Assembly: GCA_963817955.1 (NCBI GenBank)
Contig: CAWFQK010000004.1
Span: 64,001-128,000 of the forward strand
Length of the DNA stretch: 64,000 nucleotides
DNA from: an uncultured Gemmatimonadaceae bacterium
GTDB lineage: Bacteria; Gemmatimonadota; Gemmatimonadetes; Gemmatimonadales; Gemmatimonadaceae
Reading direction: 5' to 3'
This document shows, piece after piece, positions 28,496 through 38,988 of this stretch. Under the pieces are notes generated by a model, which did not search any database, was not told the origin of the DNA, and saw nothing but the letters and a program-made list of their open reading frames with translations. The translations under genes were made by a program, and so were the position numbers. The stretch's first letter is position 1, and each line of letters opens with the position of its first letter.

Positions 28496-29576
28496 TCCGC
28501 GTTCGCTCCGCCTGGCGTCGCTCGCCGAGTCGCTCACCGCCGCGCACCTCGACGGGTTGCTCATTACCAGCCTGCCCAATATCCGGTATCTCACGGGATT
28601 CTCCGGCTCGAGCGCGCTGCTGTTCGTGAGCGGACGCGATGTCCTGTTCATCACCGATTTCCGCTACCAGACGCAGGTCGTCGATGAGCTCGGCGATATC
28701 GCGCGCGTGAGCATCGAGGCGCAGAGCCTGTGGACCGGCTTGTGGCAGCGGTTGGTGCAGCTCGGGCATCTGGAGGTGATAGGATTCGAGTCCGGTCATC
28801 TGCTGCATCGTGATTTTCAGCGGCTGCTCGAGGCGGGCGCGCGCTGGCAATGGCGTCCGACCGTCGATATCGTGGAGGCGTTGCGCGAGCGGAAGGATGC
28901 CGGCGAGCTGTCCCTCATCGAGGCGGCAAACGGCATCGCGGTGCGCGCGCTCGAACGCACGCTGACGCAGGTACGCGTTGGCATGTCCGAACTCGAAGTG
29001 GCGGGTGTGTTGGAGAAAGCGTTGCGCGACGAAGGAAGCGAGGGTTTTCCATTTCCTTCGATCGTAGCGTCCGGCCCCCGGTCGGCGCTGCCGCACGCGC
29101 GCTCGTCGGCGCGGCGGATCGAACGCGATGATTTTCTCCTGCTCGATTTTGGTGCTGAAACGGCGGGATATTGCGCAGACGTGACGCGTACGGTGGTCGT
29201 TGGGCGTGCCCAAGCGGAGCAGCGCGAGGTGTATGAGGTCGTGCGGCAAGCGAATGCAAATGCAGCCCATGGGGTGCGGGCTGGTATGAGCGGACGGGAT
29301 GCCGATGCCATCGCACGCGACTACATTGAGCACCGCGGGTTCGGAGACCTGTTTGGCCACAGCCTTGGCCACGGCCTCGGGTTGGAGGTGCATGAAGCGC
29401 CGCGGTTGGCGCGCACGGCCGACGCTGCACTCGTTGAAGGCGCGGTGGTGACAATCGAGCCGGGAATTTATCGACCGGGATGGGGTGGGGTACGCATCGA
29501 GGACGACGTTTTCCTCGGTCCAGATGGCCCGAAAATCCTCACGAGTTTCACACGCGAGCTGATCGAACTCGCGTGA
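28488..29576 (+). CDS. Xaa-Pro aminopeptidase (M24 family)
   Basis: YLTGFSGS, SALPH, LDFGA..GYCADVTRT, HSLGHGLGLEVHE, TIEPGIY..GGVRIEDD. Confidence 0.93.
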   Translation: MSDPRSLRLASLAESLTAAHLDGLLITSLPNIRYLTGFSGSSALLFVSGRDVLFITDFRYQTQVVDELGDIARVSIEAQSLWTGLWQRLVQLGHLEVIGFESGHLLHRDFQRLLEAGARWQWRPTVDIVEALRERKDAGELSLIEAANGIAVRALERTLTQVRVGMSELEVAGVLEKALRDEGSEGFPFPSIVASGPRSALPHARSSARRIERDDFLLLDFGAETAGYCADVTRTVVVGRAQAEQREVYEVVRQANANAAHGVRAGMSGRDADAIARDYIEHRGFGDLFGHSLGHGLGLEVHEAPRLARTADAALVEGAVVTIEPGIYRPGWGGVRIEDDVFLGPDGPKILTSFTRELIELA

Positions 29577-29605
29577 GCCGGTCCGGTGCGACCCTTTAGA
29601 GGCCT

Positions 29606-30109
29606 ATGATCGACTTACGATACGTGAAGAAGCTCATTGAGATCATCGACGACTCCACGGTCGACTCAATTGAGATGACGTCGGACAAGGGGATCAAGAT
29701 CCGCATCTCCAAGAGTCCGCAGCAGCGCGGCGCGGTCCAGGTGGCGGCGCCGATGCCGTCGATGATTGCGTCACCGGCGCCGGTCGGACGGCTGTCTCCC
29801 GCCGGCGGGATACTGGCGGTCACCGATGACGAAGGGGCGCCGGCGGCCGAGGCGCCGAAGTCGTCCGCCTTGGAGGTGAAGTCGCCGATGGTCGGCACCT
29901 TCTATAAGTCGCCGGAACCCGGTGCCAAGGCCTACGTGTCGGTGGGCGATCGCGTGACGAAAGGCCAGATCGTCTGCATCATCGAGGCAATGAAGATCAT
30001 GAACGAGATCGAGTCCGAATACGCGGGCGTCGTGCGCGAGGTGCTGGTGCAGGACGCACAGCCAGTGGAGTACGGCCAAGTCTTGTTCAGGATCGATCCC
30101 AATGGCTAA
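29606..30109 (+). CDS. accB: Acetyl-CoA carboxylase biotin carboxyl carrier protein
   Basis: [25 protein letters not shown]. Confidence 0.96.
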   Translation: MIDLRYVKKLIEIIDDSTVDSIEMTSDKGIKIRISKSPQQRGAVQVAAPMPSMIASPAPVGRLSPAGGILAVTDDEGAPAAEAPKSSALEVKSPMVGTFYKSPEPGAKAYVSVGDRVTKGQIVCIIEAMKIMNEIESEYAGVVREVLVQDAQPVEYGQVLFRIDPNG

Positions 30110-31281
30110 TCCCCCTGCGGCGGCGGGCGAGCCGACGCCGTCCGTACCGGGTCCCTCCGGCGGCGTCAACTTCAAGTCCGTGCTTCAGGAGATGATCCAC
30201 CGCAATGGTTCGGATCTTCACCTCAAGGTCGGGCGTCCACCGACGATTCGTGTCGACGGTGAACTGGAGCCGCTCGCGCATGCGCCGCTACGTCCCGAAG
30301 ATCTGAAAGTGTTGGCCGAGCAGCTCATGACGCCGCGCCAGGTGAAGCAATTCGCTGACGAGAAGGAGTGTGACTTTGCCATTGGCGTGCCGGGGATTGG
30401 CCGTTTCCGGGTGAACGTCTATCAACAGCGCGGGTCGCTCTGCTATGCCCTGCGCGCCATTCCCTACCAGGCGCGCACGATCAGCGAACTCAACCTGCCG
30501 ACCGTGCTCGAGGAGATCGCGATGAAGCCGCGCGGATTGGTCCTCGTCACCGGGAGTAACGGGCTCGGGCAAATCGACGGCGCTCGCGGCGATGATTGCA
30601 GCATCATCAACGAGAAGCGTCGGGCCAACGTGATCACGATCGAGGACCCGATCGAGTTTCTGCATCGCGACATCAACTGCCACATCAACCAACGCGAAGT
30701 CGGTACCGACACGGCCACGTTCGGTCAGGCGCTCCGTCGCGTGCTCCGTCAGGATCCGGACGTCATCCTCATCGGCGAGATCCGCGATCTCGAGACGCTC
30801 GATACCGCGCTCAAGGCGGCGGATACCGGCCACCTCGTGTTCTCGACTCTGCACACCACGGACGCCACGCAGACGATCAACCGCGTGCTGTCCTTCTATC
30901 CGCCCCATCAGCAGGCCGAAGTCCGGTTCTCGCTCGCGAGCGCGCTCCAGGCCGTCGTGTCGTTGCGGCTCGTTCCGCGCTCGGACAAGGCGGGCCGCAT
31001 TCCGGCCTGCGAAGTGCTCATCAACACCGCTGCGGTGCGCGACAACATCCGCGACATGGAGAAGATGCTGGACATTCCCGACCTGATTCGCAGAGGGACC
31101 GTGCAATACGGGATGCAGAGCTTCGACCAGTCGCTCATGAACATTTTTCCCGCGGCGTCATCTCATACGAGAGCGCGGTGTTCTATGCGACGAGCCCCGC
31201 GAGTTCGCGTTGCGGGTGCAGGGTGTGGCGGGCACGAGCGATACGTCCTGGTCGGGGTTCGAAGGCGATTCAAGAGTGTAA
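30102..31281 (+). CDS. PilT/PilU-family type IV pilus retraction ATPase (several indels)
   Basis: [53 protein letters not shown]; Walker A TGSGKST readable only in +1 frame; reconstructed C-terminus ends at TAA 31279-31281 overlapping the accC ATG. Confidence 0.88.
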
Positions 31282-32638
31282 TGTTCAAGAAAGTATTAAT
31301 CGCAAATCGCGGGGAAATCGCGCTGCGTGTCATTCGCGCCTGCCGCGAGCTCGGCGTCCAGACGGTCGCCGTGTATTCGGAAGCGGATCGCGAATCCCTG
31401 CACGTCCGCTTCGCGGACGACGACGTGTGCATCGGCCCGGCGCCGGCGCGCGAATCCTATCTCAACATTCCGCGGTTCATCGCCGCCGCCGAGATCACTG
31501 GCGCCGACGCCATTCATCCGGGCTACGGCTTTCTCGCCGAAAACGCCGAGTTCGCGGATATTTGCGCGGCGTCGGCGATCGCGTTCATCGGCCCCACCGG
31601 CGACCAGATTCGGGTGATGGGAGACAAGGCGGCGGCGCGGAAGGCGATGATCGCGGTCGGCGTGCCGGTGGTTCCCGGAACGCCGGGCGGCGTCGACGAC
31701 GTCGACGAAGCCCTCGAATTCGCCAAGACGATCGGCTTTCCCGTCATCATCAAGGCCGCCGCCGGCGGCGGGGGAAAGGGCATGCGCGTCGCCAAGGATG
31801 CCGATGATTTCGCGCGCTCTTTTCAGCTCGCGCGCTCCGAGGCCCTGTCGGCGTTCGGCAACGGCGAGGTGTACGTCGAGAAATACCTGGCGCGGCCGCG
31901 ACACATCGAATTCCAAATCCTCGGGGACAAGTTCGGTCACGTCATCCATCTCGGCGAACGCGACTGTTCGGTGCAGCGCCGTCACCAGAAGCTGATCGAG
32001 GAGGCGCCCAGTCCCGCCGTCACGCCGGATCTGCGTCTCCGCATGGGGAACGACGCCGTCGCCGGCGCCAAGGCCATCGATTACGTCGGCGCCGGGACGA
32101 TCGAGATGCTCCTCGACGAAGATGGGTCGTTACTTCTTCATGGAGATGAACACGCGGATCCAGGTCGAGCATCCCGTCACCGAGATGCTCACGGGAGTCG
32201 ATCTCGTGAAAGAGCAGATCCGCGTCGCCGCAGGCGAGCCGCTCAGCATCACTGAGATGCCGGCGCTCCGCGGCCACGTCATCGAAGTGCGCGTCAACGC
32301 GGAGGATCCGGCGCGCAATTTCCAGCCGTCGCCCGGAAAGATTCTGGCCTTCCATCCGCCGGGCGGCCCGGGTGTGCGGCTCGATACGCACGTCTACGAC
32401 GGGCTACACCGTGCCGCCGTATTACGATTCGTTGCTGGCCAAGCTCATCTGTCAGGGGCGCGATCGGGCCGAGGCCATCGCGCGGATGCACGTGGCGCTC
32501 GACGGGTTTATCATCGAAGGCGTGACGACGACCATTCCATTTCTCGCCCGCGTGATGCAGAATCCGCGTTTCGTCGCCGGAGAGGTCGATACGAAGTTCC
32601 TGGAACGCGAGACCGAGTTGCTCAAGGAGCCAGCCTAA
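31281..32638 (+). CDS. accC: Biotin carboxylase (+1 frameshifts near 32130 and 32401)
   Basis: [68 protein letters not shown] across three frames. Confidence 0.95.
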
Positions 32639-33385
32639 GTGAGCGTCGACGTCGTCTTCGGCGGGACTGCCCTCGGGCCGTCCGACGGCTCTGGCCGAGT
32701 CGTGGTGGTGATCGACGTGCTCCGCGCGTCTTCATCCATCGCGACGGCGCTTGCCAACGGCGCGCGTGCGGTGATTCCGCTCGATAGTTCAGAGGATGTC
32801 GTCAACTGTGCCAAGGGATTCGAGCGAAGGGACGTGCGTCTCGCTGGCGAGCGGCGTATGCTGGCCATCCCTGGCTTCGACCTCGGCAACTCGCCGCGCG
32901 AATACACGCGCGAGGCCGTCGAGGGCAAGACCGTCATCATGACCACGACAAACGGCACGCCCGCGATCGCCAACACCCAAGGGGCTCGTGACGTGGTGAT
33001 CGCCTCGTACGTCAACTTCACGGCGGTGCTCACGATGCTGCGCACTGCGGTGCGCGGCAATACCGACATCACCATCGTATGTGCCGGTCGCGACCGGCAG
33101 TTTTCACTCGAGGATGCCGGCTGTGCGGGACGGTTCGTGTACAATCTCTCGAAACGCTCGTCCAACATCCGTGTGAACGACGCAGCGCAAGCGTGCGTGC
33201 TGATCGACCGCAAGTACGGCGATCAGGTCCTTCGCCTGTTCGAGGCGTCAGAGCACGGCCGAGCGTTGAGCGAGGCGGGATTCGGCGATGATCTCGCTGC
33301 ATGTGCCGCCGTGGATTCCTACCCAGTCATTCCGCTCTACCAGGATCGACAGATCACCAAGCTCGGACCAGACCGGGAGCGGTAA
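32639..33385 (+). CDS. comB: 2-phosphosulfolactate phosphatase family protein
   Basis: [38 protein letters not shown]. Confidence 0.9.
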   Translation: MSVDVVFGGTALGPSDGSGRVVVVIDVLRASSSIATALANGARAVIPLDSSEDVVNCAKGFERRDVRLAGERRMLAIPGFDLGNSPREYTREAVEGKTVIMTTTNGTPAIANTQGARDVVIASYVNFTAVLTMLRTAVRGNTDITIVCAGRDRQFSLEDAGCAGRFVYNLSKRSSNIRVNDAAQACVLIDRKYGDQVLRLFEASEHGRALSEAGFGDDLAACAAVDSYPVIPLYQDRQITKLGPDRER

Positions 33386-33389
33386 CCCC

Positions 33390-35765
33390 GTGGGCAGTTC
33401 CAACCTGAAGCGCGAAATCCTCGGGATCGCGCTGTTGCTGTTCGCGGTCTTCATGGCTGCCGCGTTCGTCATGCTCGGCGCGGCGCAATTGCGCGCGGGG
33501 GTGAGCGTGGAGGCGAGCGTCGGGATCGTCGGCCGCATTCTGGCGAATCCCCTGGTGCTGTTCTTTGGCTGGCCGGCCGCGGCACTCATCCCACTCGTGC
33601 CAGCGGTGCATGCGCTGCGTCTGTTCGGCCGTCTCGAATCGCAGACCGACCGCTCGTGGATGATCTTCTTTGCCGGCATGGTCGTTTTGCTGCCGGTGGC
33701 CATCGGATTGACGATTGCGCCACCGGCCCCCGGATTGCCGAGCGGAGGTGCCGGGTTGTGGGGAGCGCTGATCGGCGGCTGGTGGCAGAGTTGGTTTGGA
33801 TTCTTCGGTGCGTGGGTCGTGGTTGCGCTTGCCGCGTCGGTCCTGATGGCGGCGACGCTGGCGTGGAATCCCATCCGGGCCCTCGTTGGTCATCGTAAGC
33901 GGCGCATGGAAAGCGGCGAGATCGTGTTGGACGACCCGCCGACGGCGGCGGATTTGGCGCCGAAGAAAAGAGGACGGAAGGGAAGGGGCGATAGCGACGG
34001 GGCTCTTTCTGGCGACCTCGCGCTCGCGCTCGAGCCGCCGCCCGAAGAGATGCCGGGAATCGAGTCCGAGTCTGGCCAGGAGAGCGGCGATCACGTCTCG
34101 CAAGGCACCGCTCGCCACGTGAAGAAGAAATCGAAGGCCGACAAGTCAGCGGCACATGATGCGGAAATCGCCGCGGCGATCGAGGCGACCGCGGCCGTCG
34201 ATGTCAGCGGTGAGGAGCTTCCCTCATCCGAACTGCTCACGCCAGTGCCGCCGCGTAACGTCGACGCCAGCAAGCGCGAGCTCGATGCCATGGGCCTGAA
34301 ACTCATGGATGCGCTGCGCACCTTTCGTGTCGAGGGTGAGTTGGTCGGTCGTACGACAGGTCCCGTCGTCACGCAGTTCGAAATCGAGCCGGCGCCGGGG
34401 GTGAAGGTTCGCCAGATCGCGAACCTCTCGAATGACCTCGCACTGGCAATGCGCGCACCGTCGATCCGGATCGTGGCGCCGATCCCGGGCCGCGGCGCCG
34501 TTGGCGTCGAAGTGCCGAATCCGACATCTGAAATCGTGGCATTTCGCGAGTTGATCGAGACCCGCGAGTTTCAGCACGCGCGCGCCGCGCTGCCCATCGT
34601 CCTCGGCAAGGACCTCGAGGGAAAGCCGGTCATCGCCGATCTGGCGAAGATGCCGCACCTGCTCATCGCCGGTGCCACCGGATCGGGTAAATCGGTCTGC
34701 GTGAATACCATCATCACCAGTCTCGTCTTCCGACATACGCCGCGTACGCTGCGTTTTCTGATGGTCGACCCCAAGATGGTCGAGCTCTCGGTGTACAACA
34801 CCTTGCCGCACCTCCGCCACAAGGTCATCACCGACAACCGCGATGCGGCGTCGGTGCTCAAGTGGGCGGTGATGGAGATGCAGGACCGTTACGAATTGCT
34901 TGCCGCGAACGGCTGCCGCAACATCCAGGATTTCAACAAACGCGTGCAGGACGGCGCCCAGCTGCAGCTCCCAAAGCGTCCAAACGTCGCGTTCGAGAAC
35001 ACCACCTACACGGGTAGCATCCTGCCATACATCGTCGTGGTGATCGACGAGATGGCAGACCTGATGATGACCGTGCAGAGCGAGGTGGAAACGCCGATCG
35101 CCATGCTTGCGCAAAAGGCGCGTGCCATCGGCATTCATCTCTTGCTCGCCACGCAACGCCCGAGCGTGAACGTCATCACGGGCCTGATCAAGGCGAATTT
35201 CCCGAGTCGCATCGCCTTCCGCGTCGCGTCCCAAGTGGACAGCCGCACGATCATCGACGGCGCGGGCGCGGAAATGTTGCTCGGCAACGGTGACATGCTG
35301 TTCATTCCGCCGGGGAAATCCGAGCCATCGCGCCTTCAAGGAGCGTTCCTGTCGAGCGAAGATACCGAACGACTCATGATCTGGTACCAGGGCGTGCGTG
35401 ACGCCAAACGCGCCGCGCTGGCCGCGCAGGGTCTCATGCTCGAGGAGTCGAACGACGGCGAGCCGGACATTCTCGAAACCGTGCGCACGAAGGAAGCGCT
35501 CGAGGCCGGGCAGTCTGACGCGGACGACCACGACGCGGCGGATCGCGACAAACTGTTCCGCGAAGCGGCAGAAGTGGTGGTGCAGAATCAGCAGGGTTCT
35601 ACGTCGCTCCTTCAGCGGCGGCTCAAGGTCGGCTACGGCCGCGCAGCACGGATCATCGACCAGCTGCACGCCGCAGGCGTGCTTGGGCCACCCGACGGAT
35701 CCAAGCCGCGCGACGTGCTCGTCGGGCTCGATCAACTGGACTATATCTGTGGCCCACATTCGTAG
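33390..35765 (+). CDS. ftsK: DNA translocase FtsK
   Basis: 4TM N-domain, MPHLLIAGATGSGKS, DPKMVEL, ATQRPSV, gamma domain STSLLQRRLKVGYGRAARIID. Confidence 0.97.
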   Translation: MGSSNLKREILGIALLLFAVFMAAAFVMLGAAQLRAGVSVEASVGIVGRILANPLVLFFGWPAAALIPLVPAVHALRLFGRLESQTDRSWMIFFAGMVVLLPVAIGLTIAPPAPGLPSGGAGLWGALIGGWWQSWFGFFGAWVVVALAASVLMAATLAWNPIRALVGHRKRRMESGEIVLDDPPTAADLAPKKRGRKGRGDSDGALSGDLALALEPPPEEMPGIESESGQESGDHVSQGTARHVKKKSKADKSAAHDAEIAAAIEATAAVDVSGEELPSSELLTPVPPRNVDASKRELDAMGLKLMDALRTFRVEGELVGRTTGPVVTQFEIEPAPGVKVRQIANLSNDLALAMRAPSIRIVAPIPGRGAVGVEVPNPTSEIVAFRELIETREFQHARAALPIVLGKDLEGKPVIADLAKMPHLLIAGATGSGKSVCVNTIITSLVFRHTPRTLRFLMVDPKMVELSVYNTLPHLRHKVITDNRDAASVLKWAVMEMQDRYELLAANGCRNIQDFNKRVQDGAQLQLPKRPNVAFENTTYTGSILPYIVVVIDEMADLMMTVQSEVETPIAMLAQKARAIGIHLLLATQRPSVNVITGLIKANFPSRIAFRVASQVDSRTIIDGAGAEMLLGNGDMLFIPPGKSEPSRLQGAFLSSEDTERLMIWYQGVRDAKRAALAAQGLMLEESNDGEPDILETVRTKEALEAGQSDADDHDAADRDKLFREAAEVVVQNQQGSTSLLQRRLKVGYGRAARIIDQLHAAGVLGPPDGSKPRDVLVGLDQLDYICGPHS

Positions 35766-36513
35766 CGCGGCGCCGCTCGTCGTGCTTCTGCTCGTCGTCG
35801 CTGGCTTCGCCGGCGCGCAGAATGCTCCCGTTGATTCGTCAGCGCGGCATCTTCGCGTGGATGCCACCGCGCTCCGATCGGGAGAATTCGTCTATCAGAC
35901 GACGCTCGAACGTGACGCCGGCACAACGGTGCTGGGGACGCGCACCATCAGTGTGTCGCAGACATCGTACGTTGGGACGCCCGCGTGGCTGCTGCTTGAA
36001 ACGCGGGCGGGCGACGGCATTCCTGCCGCCGATTCACTGTTCACGACACTCGGCGGCCTGCGCCCGCTGCACTGGAGCTCCACGCTCGGGCGCGCGCGTC
36101 TGGTGGCCGAGTTCCGCGGCGACACGGTGTTCGGCGGCACGAGTGCGCCGCCGGGACGTCGATCCATCGTGTCAGTGCTACCGCCCGATGTCATCGTGAG
36201 TGCGGCGATGCTCGAGAGCGTCCTGCGGCTTCTGCGGTTGCAGCCTGCCTTCGAAGATTCGACGACCACACTCTCCATCACGCTGAGCGGCAACGCAGTG
36301 CTGCCAGCGCGACTCGCGGTCATCGGCGAGGACCGTGTACGCGTGCCAGCCGGAACGTTCGACTGCTGGGTCGTCTCCGTCCACGCCGGCGACACCGCCC
36401 GCGGACTGTACTGGGTGACGAAGAATGATCCGATCCTGGTCCGCACTGCGTTGGACGTGCCGGTGTTGAACGGCGCGCAACTCGTGACGTCATTGACGCG
36501 CATCGCGCGTTAG
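35749..36513 (+). CDS. Exported hypothetical protein (DUF3108-like C-terminus)
   Basis: Signal peptide; E.V.VPAGTFDCW motif; overlaps ftsK end. Confidence 0.7.
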   Translation: MAHIRSAAPLVVLLLVVAGFAGAQNAPVDSSARHLRVDATALRSGEFVYQTTLERDAGTTVLGTRTISVSQTSYVGTPAWLLLETRAGDGIPAADSLFTTLGGLRPLHWSSTLGRARLVAEFRGDTVFGGTSAPPGRRSIVSVLPPDVIVSAAMLESVLRLLRLQPAFEDSTTTLSITLSGNAVLPARLAVIGEDRVRVPAGTFDCWVVSVHAGDTARGLYWVTKNDPILVRTALDVPVLNGAQLVTSLTRIAR

Positions 36514-36597
36514 GCGCTCCACTCCTTCGAAATCGATGGTGACTACGCGGGCTCCTTTGGTGGCAGAGCCCGCCGCCACCGCGCCTACGTTGGCCCC

Positions 36598-36972
36598 ATG
36601 TCAGCGGCCAGGCAGGCATTTGGCGAACTGGGAGAGCGGATCGCAGAGCGGTGGCTCCAGCGACAGGGATGGCGCGTCATTCAACGCCGGTTCCGGAATG
36701 GGCACCGCGATATCGATCTGGTCGTGGAGCGAGATGGTACGGTAGCGTTCGTCGAGGTCAAGGCACGGCGAGGTCGACAGTTCGGCGATCCAGTGGAGGC
36801 GGTTAACTGGCGTAAGCAGAAGGAGTTAGTGCGTTCTGCATCCGTCTGGATCGATCGGCATGGCCGTCCGTCCGACTCGTATCGTTTCGACGTGGTCGGG
36901 GTGCTCGTCGAAAGGGGTCGCGTACGAGTTCGGCACGTGCCCGACGCATTCTCACTTTCACGCTCGGCTTGA
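36598..36972 (+). CDS. yraN: YraN family putative endonuclease
   Basis: GELGERIA..WL, DIDLV, FVEVKAR, EAVNWRKQ, RFDVV. Confidence 0.92.
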   Translation: MSAARQAFGELGERIAERWLQRQGWRVIQRRFRNGHRDIDLVVERDGTVAFVEVKARRGRQFGDPVEAVNWRKQKELVRSASVWIDRHGRPSDSYRFDVVGVLVERGRVRVRHVPDAFSLSRSA

Positions 36973-36997
36973 ATCAGCCCGTCGATCTTCGTATTTT
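36969..36997 (+). promoter_or_regulatory. Putative sigma70 promoter of recA
   Basis: TTGAAT-17nt-TATTTT. Confidence 0.5.
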
Positions 36998-37084
36998 ATT
37001 CGGGTATCGAATTGGCCGATTTCCCGGTACGATTACGCTGCACGGCCAGAGCGGACTACAACTAACCGAGAGGATGAGTGAGAA

Positions 37085-38128
37085 ATGGCTGTGTCTACAT
37101 TGCAGGAGGACAAAAAGAAAGCGCTGAATCTGGCCATCGCGCAGATCGAAAAGAGTTGCGGTAAGGGCTCGATCATGCGGCTTGGAGCGGATCAGAAGGT
37201 CCGTGTCGAAGCGATTTCGACCGGAGCGATCAATCTCGACGCGGCGATTGGGGTAGGTGGGATTCCGCGTGGTCGCGTCACTGAGATCTATGGTCCGGAA
37301 TCGAGCGGAAAGACGACGCTCTGCTTGCATGTCGTCGCGAACGCGCAGAAGGCTGGCGGGATCGCGGCGTACATCGACGCAGAGCACGCGCTGGACACGG
37401 ATTACGCGAGAAAGCTGGGTGTCGATGTCGAAGCGTTGCTGATCTCGCAGCCAGACACCGGCGAACAGGCGCTCGAGATTTGTGAGATCCTGGTTCGTTC
37501 CGGAGCGGTGGACGTGGTCGTCATTGATTCGGTCGCGGCGCTCGTGCCCAAGGCCGAGATCGAGGGTGACATGGGTGACTCGCACATGGGCCTGCAGGCG
37601 CGGCTCATGAGCCAGGCGCTGCGGAAGTTGACGGGCGGTATTGCGCGGTCCAATACGTCGGTAGTGTTCATCAACCAATTGCGTGAAAAGATCGGCGTCA
37701 TGTTCGGCAACCCCGAGACGACGACTGGTGGCAAGGCCCTCAAGTTCTATGCGTCGGTTCGTCTCGACATCCGCCGCATTGGACCGGTGAAGGACAAGGA
37801 AGACGTGGTCGGTTCGCATGTTCGCGTCAAGGTGGTCAAGAACAAGGTTGCAGCGCCGTTCAAGCAGGCCGAGTTCGACATCATGTACGCGGAAGGCATC
37901 AGCCACGCGAGTCTGGTGCTCGATATCGCTGCCGAGGCGGGGATCATCGATAAGTCGGGCGCGTGGTACAGCTACAATGGTCAGAAGATCGGGCAGGGTC
38001 GTGAAAACGCGAAAATGTATCTCAAGGATAGTCCGGCGATGATGGCCGAAGTCGAAGAGAAGGTGAAGACCCTGCTCGGCGTAGGACCGCGGGATATCGT
38101 GGCCGACGCCGAGGTGACGGAAGAGTAG
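37085..38128 (+). CDS. recA: Recombinase A
   Basis: [41 protein letters not shown]. Confidence 0.99.
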   Translation: MAVSTLQEDKKKALNLAIAQIEKSCGKGSIMRLGADQKVRVEAISTGAINLDAAIGVGGIPRGRVTEIYGPESSGKTTLCLHVVANAQKAGGIAAYIDAEHALDTDYARKLGVDVEALLISQPDTGEQALEICEILVRSGAVDVVVIDSVAALVPKAEIEGDMGDSHMGLQARLMSQALRKLTGGIARSNTSVVFINQLREKIGVMFGNPETTTGGKALKFYASVRLDIRRIGPVKDKEDVVGSHVRVKVVKNKVAAPFKQAEFDIMYAEGISHASLVLDIAAEAGIIDKSGAWYSYNGQKIGQGRENAKMYLKDSPAMMAEVEEKVKTLLGVGPRDIVADAEVTEE

Positions 38129-38278
38129 GGCACTGCTCTTCCGCCGCCGGTCGATCGGGCCGGGGAGAAGTAGTCTTGCGACGATGGGACCCGGAAACTC
38201 CCTTCGGAACAGGCTGCGACTCCCCGGCTCTTTCATTCCCGTACTGAGCGCCGCGAATAGCGGATCGAGGCACCTGCC

Positions 38279-38947
38279 GTGATGATCACCTCGATTCTTC
38301 CCAACATCCGCAAGCCGGGGCGGTTCGTGATCGAGGCGGACGGCCGCGAACTCGCCACACTCTCCATTGAGGCGATCGAGCGGTTGCGCCTGGGAACGGG
38401 CTCCGTGCTCGACGAGCGGCTCCAGCTCGAGATCGCGCGTGAATCTGGTGTGCTCGAGACCTATGACCGGGCTCTCAACATGCTGGCGGTGCGGGCGCGA
38501 TCCGCTGCCGAGTTGCGCCGGTTGCTCGTCCGCAAAGGCGAGCCTGTGGATCGCGTCGATGCTGCGATCGAGCGGCTTCGTGCGATTGGTTTCATTGACG
38601 ACGCGAGTTTTGCCCGCCAGTTCACACGGTCCAAGGCGCTCGGCGCCGGCCTGTCGCGCCGCAGACTGCAGCAGGAGTTGAGTAAGCGTGGCGTGATGCG
38701 CGAGATATCGGACGCGGCAATCGAACAGGTGTTCGTCGAAGAAGGCGTCGACGAGGAAGTGTCGATCGAGCGCGTGGCGCGCAAGAAGCTCCACATGCTT
38801 GAACAAGTGGATGCACCGACGCGGCGGCGGCGATTGTACTCGTTCCTCGCCCGGCGCGGCTACGATGCCGACGATATTTCGCGCGTGCTGCGGGTGGTGC
38901 TTCGTGATGGTGACGAAGACGCCGCCGACTCGCGTTTCGACGACTGA
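38279..38947 (+). CDS. recX: Regulatory protein RecX
   Basis: ALNMLAVRARSAAEL, GFIDDASFA, ELSKRGV, FLARRGY; follows recA. Confidence 0.92.
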   Translation: MMITSILPNIRKPGRFVIEADGRELATLSIEAIERLRLGTGSVLDERLQLEIARESGVLETYDRALNMLAVRARSAAELRRLLVRKGEPVDRVDAAIERLRAIGFIDDASFARQFTRSKALGAGLSRRRLQQELSKRGVMREISDAAIEQVFVEEGVDEEVSIERVARKKLHMLEQVDAPTRRRRLYSFLARRGYDADDISRVLRVVLRDGDEDAADSRFDD

Positions 38948-38988
38948 CGTGGCTCCCTGCCTGGGCGATGAGCCGGTATATTGACGAT

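Noticed and set aside
30102..32255. 717-aa PilT-AccC fusion in the ORF track
   Set aside because: Two -1 indels bypass the natural PilT stop; the proper C-terminus and a TAATG stop/start overlap are recoverable in other frames
36974..38806. 610-aa antisense ORF over recA/recX (and similar ORFs opposite ftsK, alaS, obgE)
   Set aside because: Shadow ORFs expected from high-GC codon bias opposite well-supported genes
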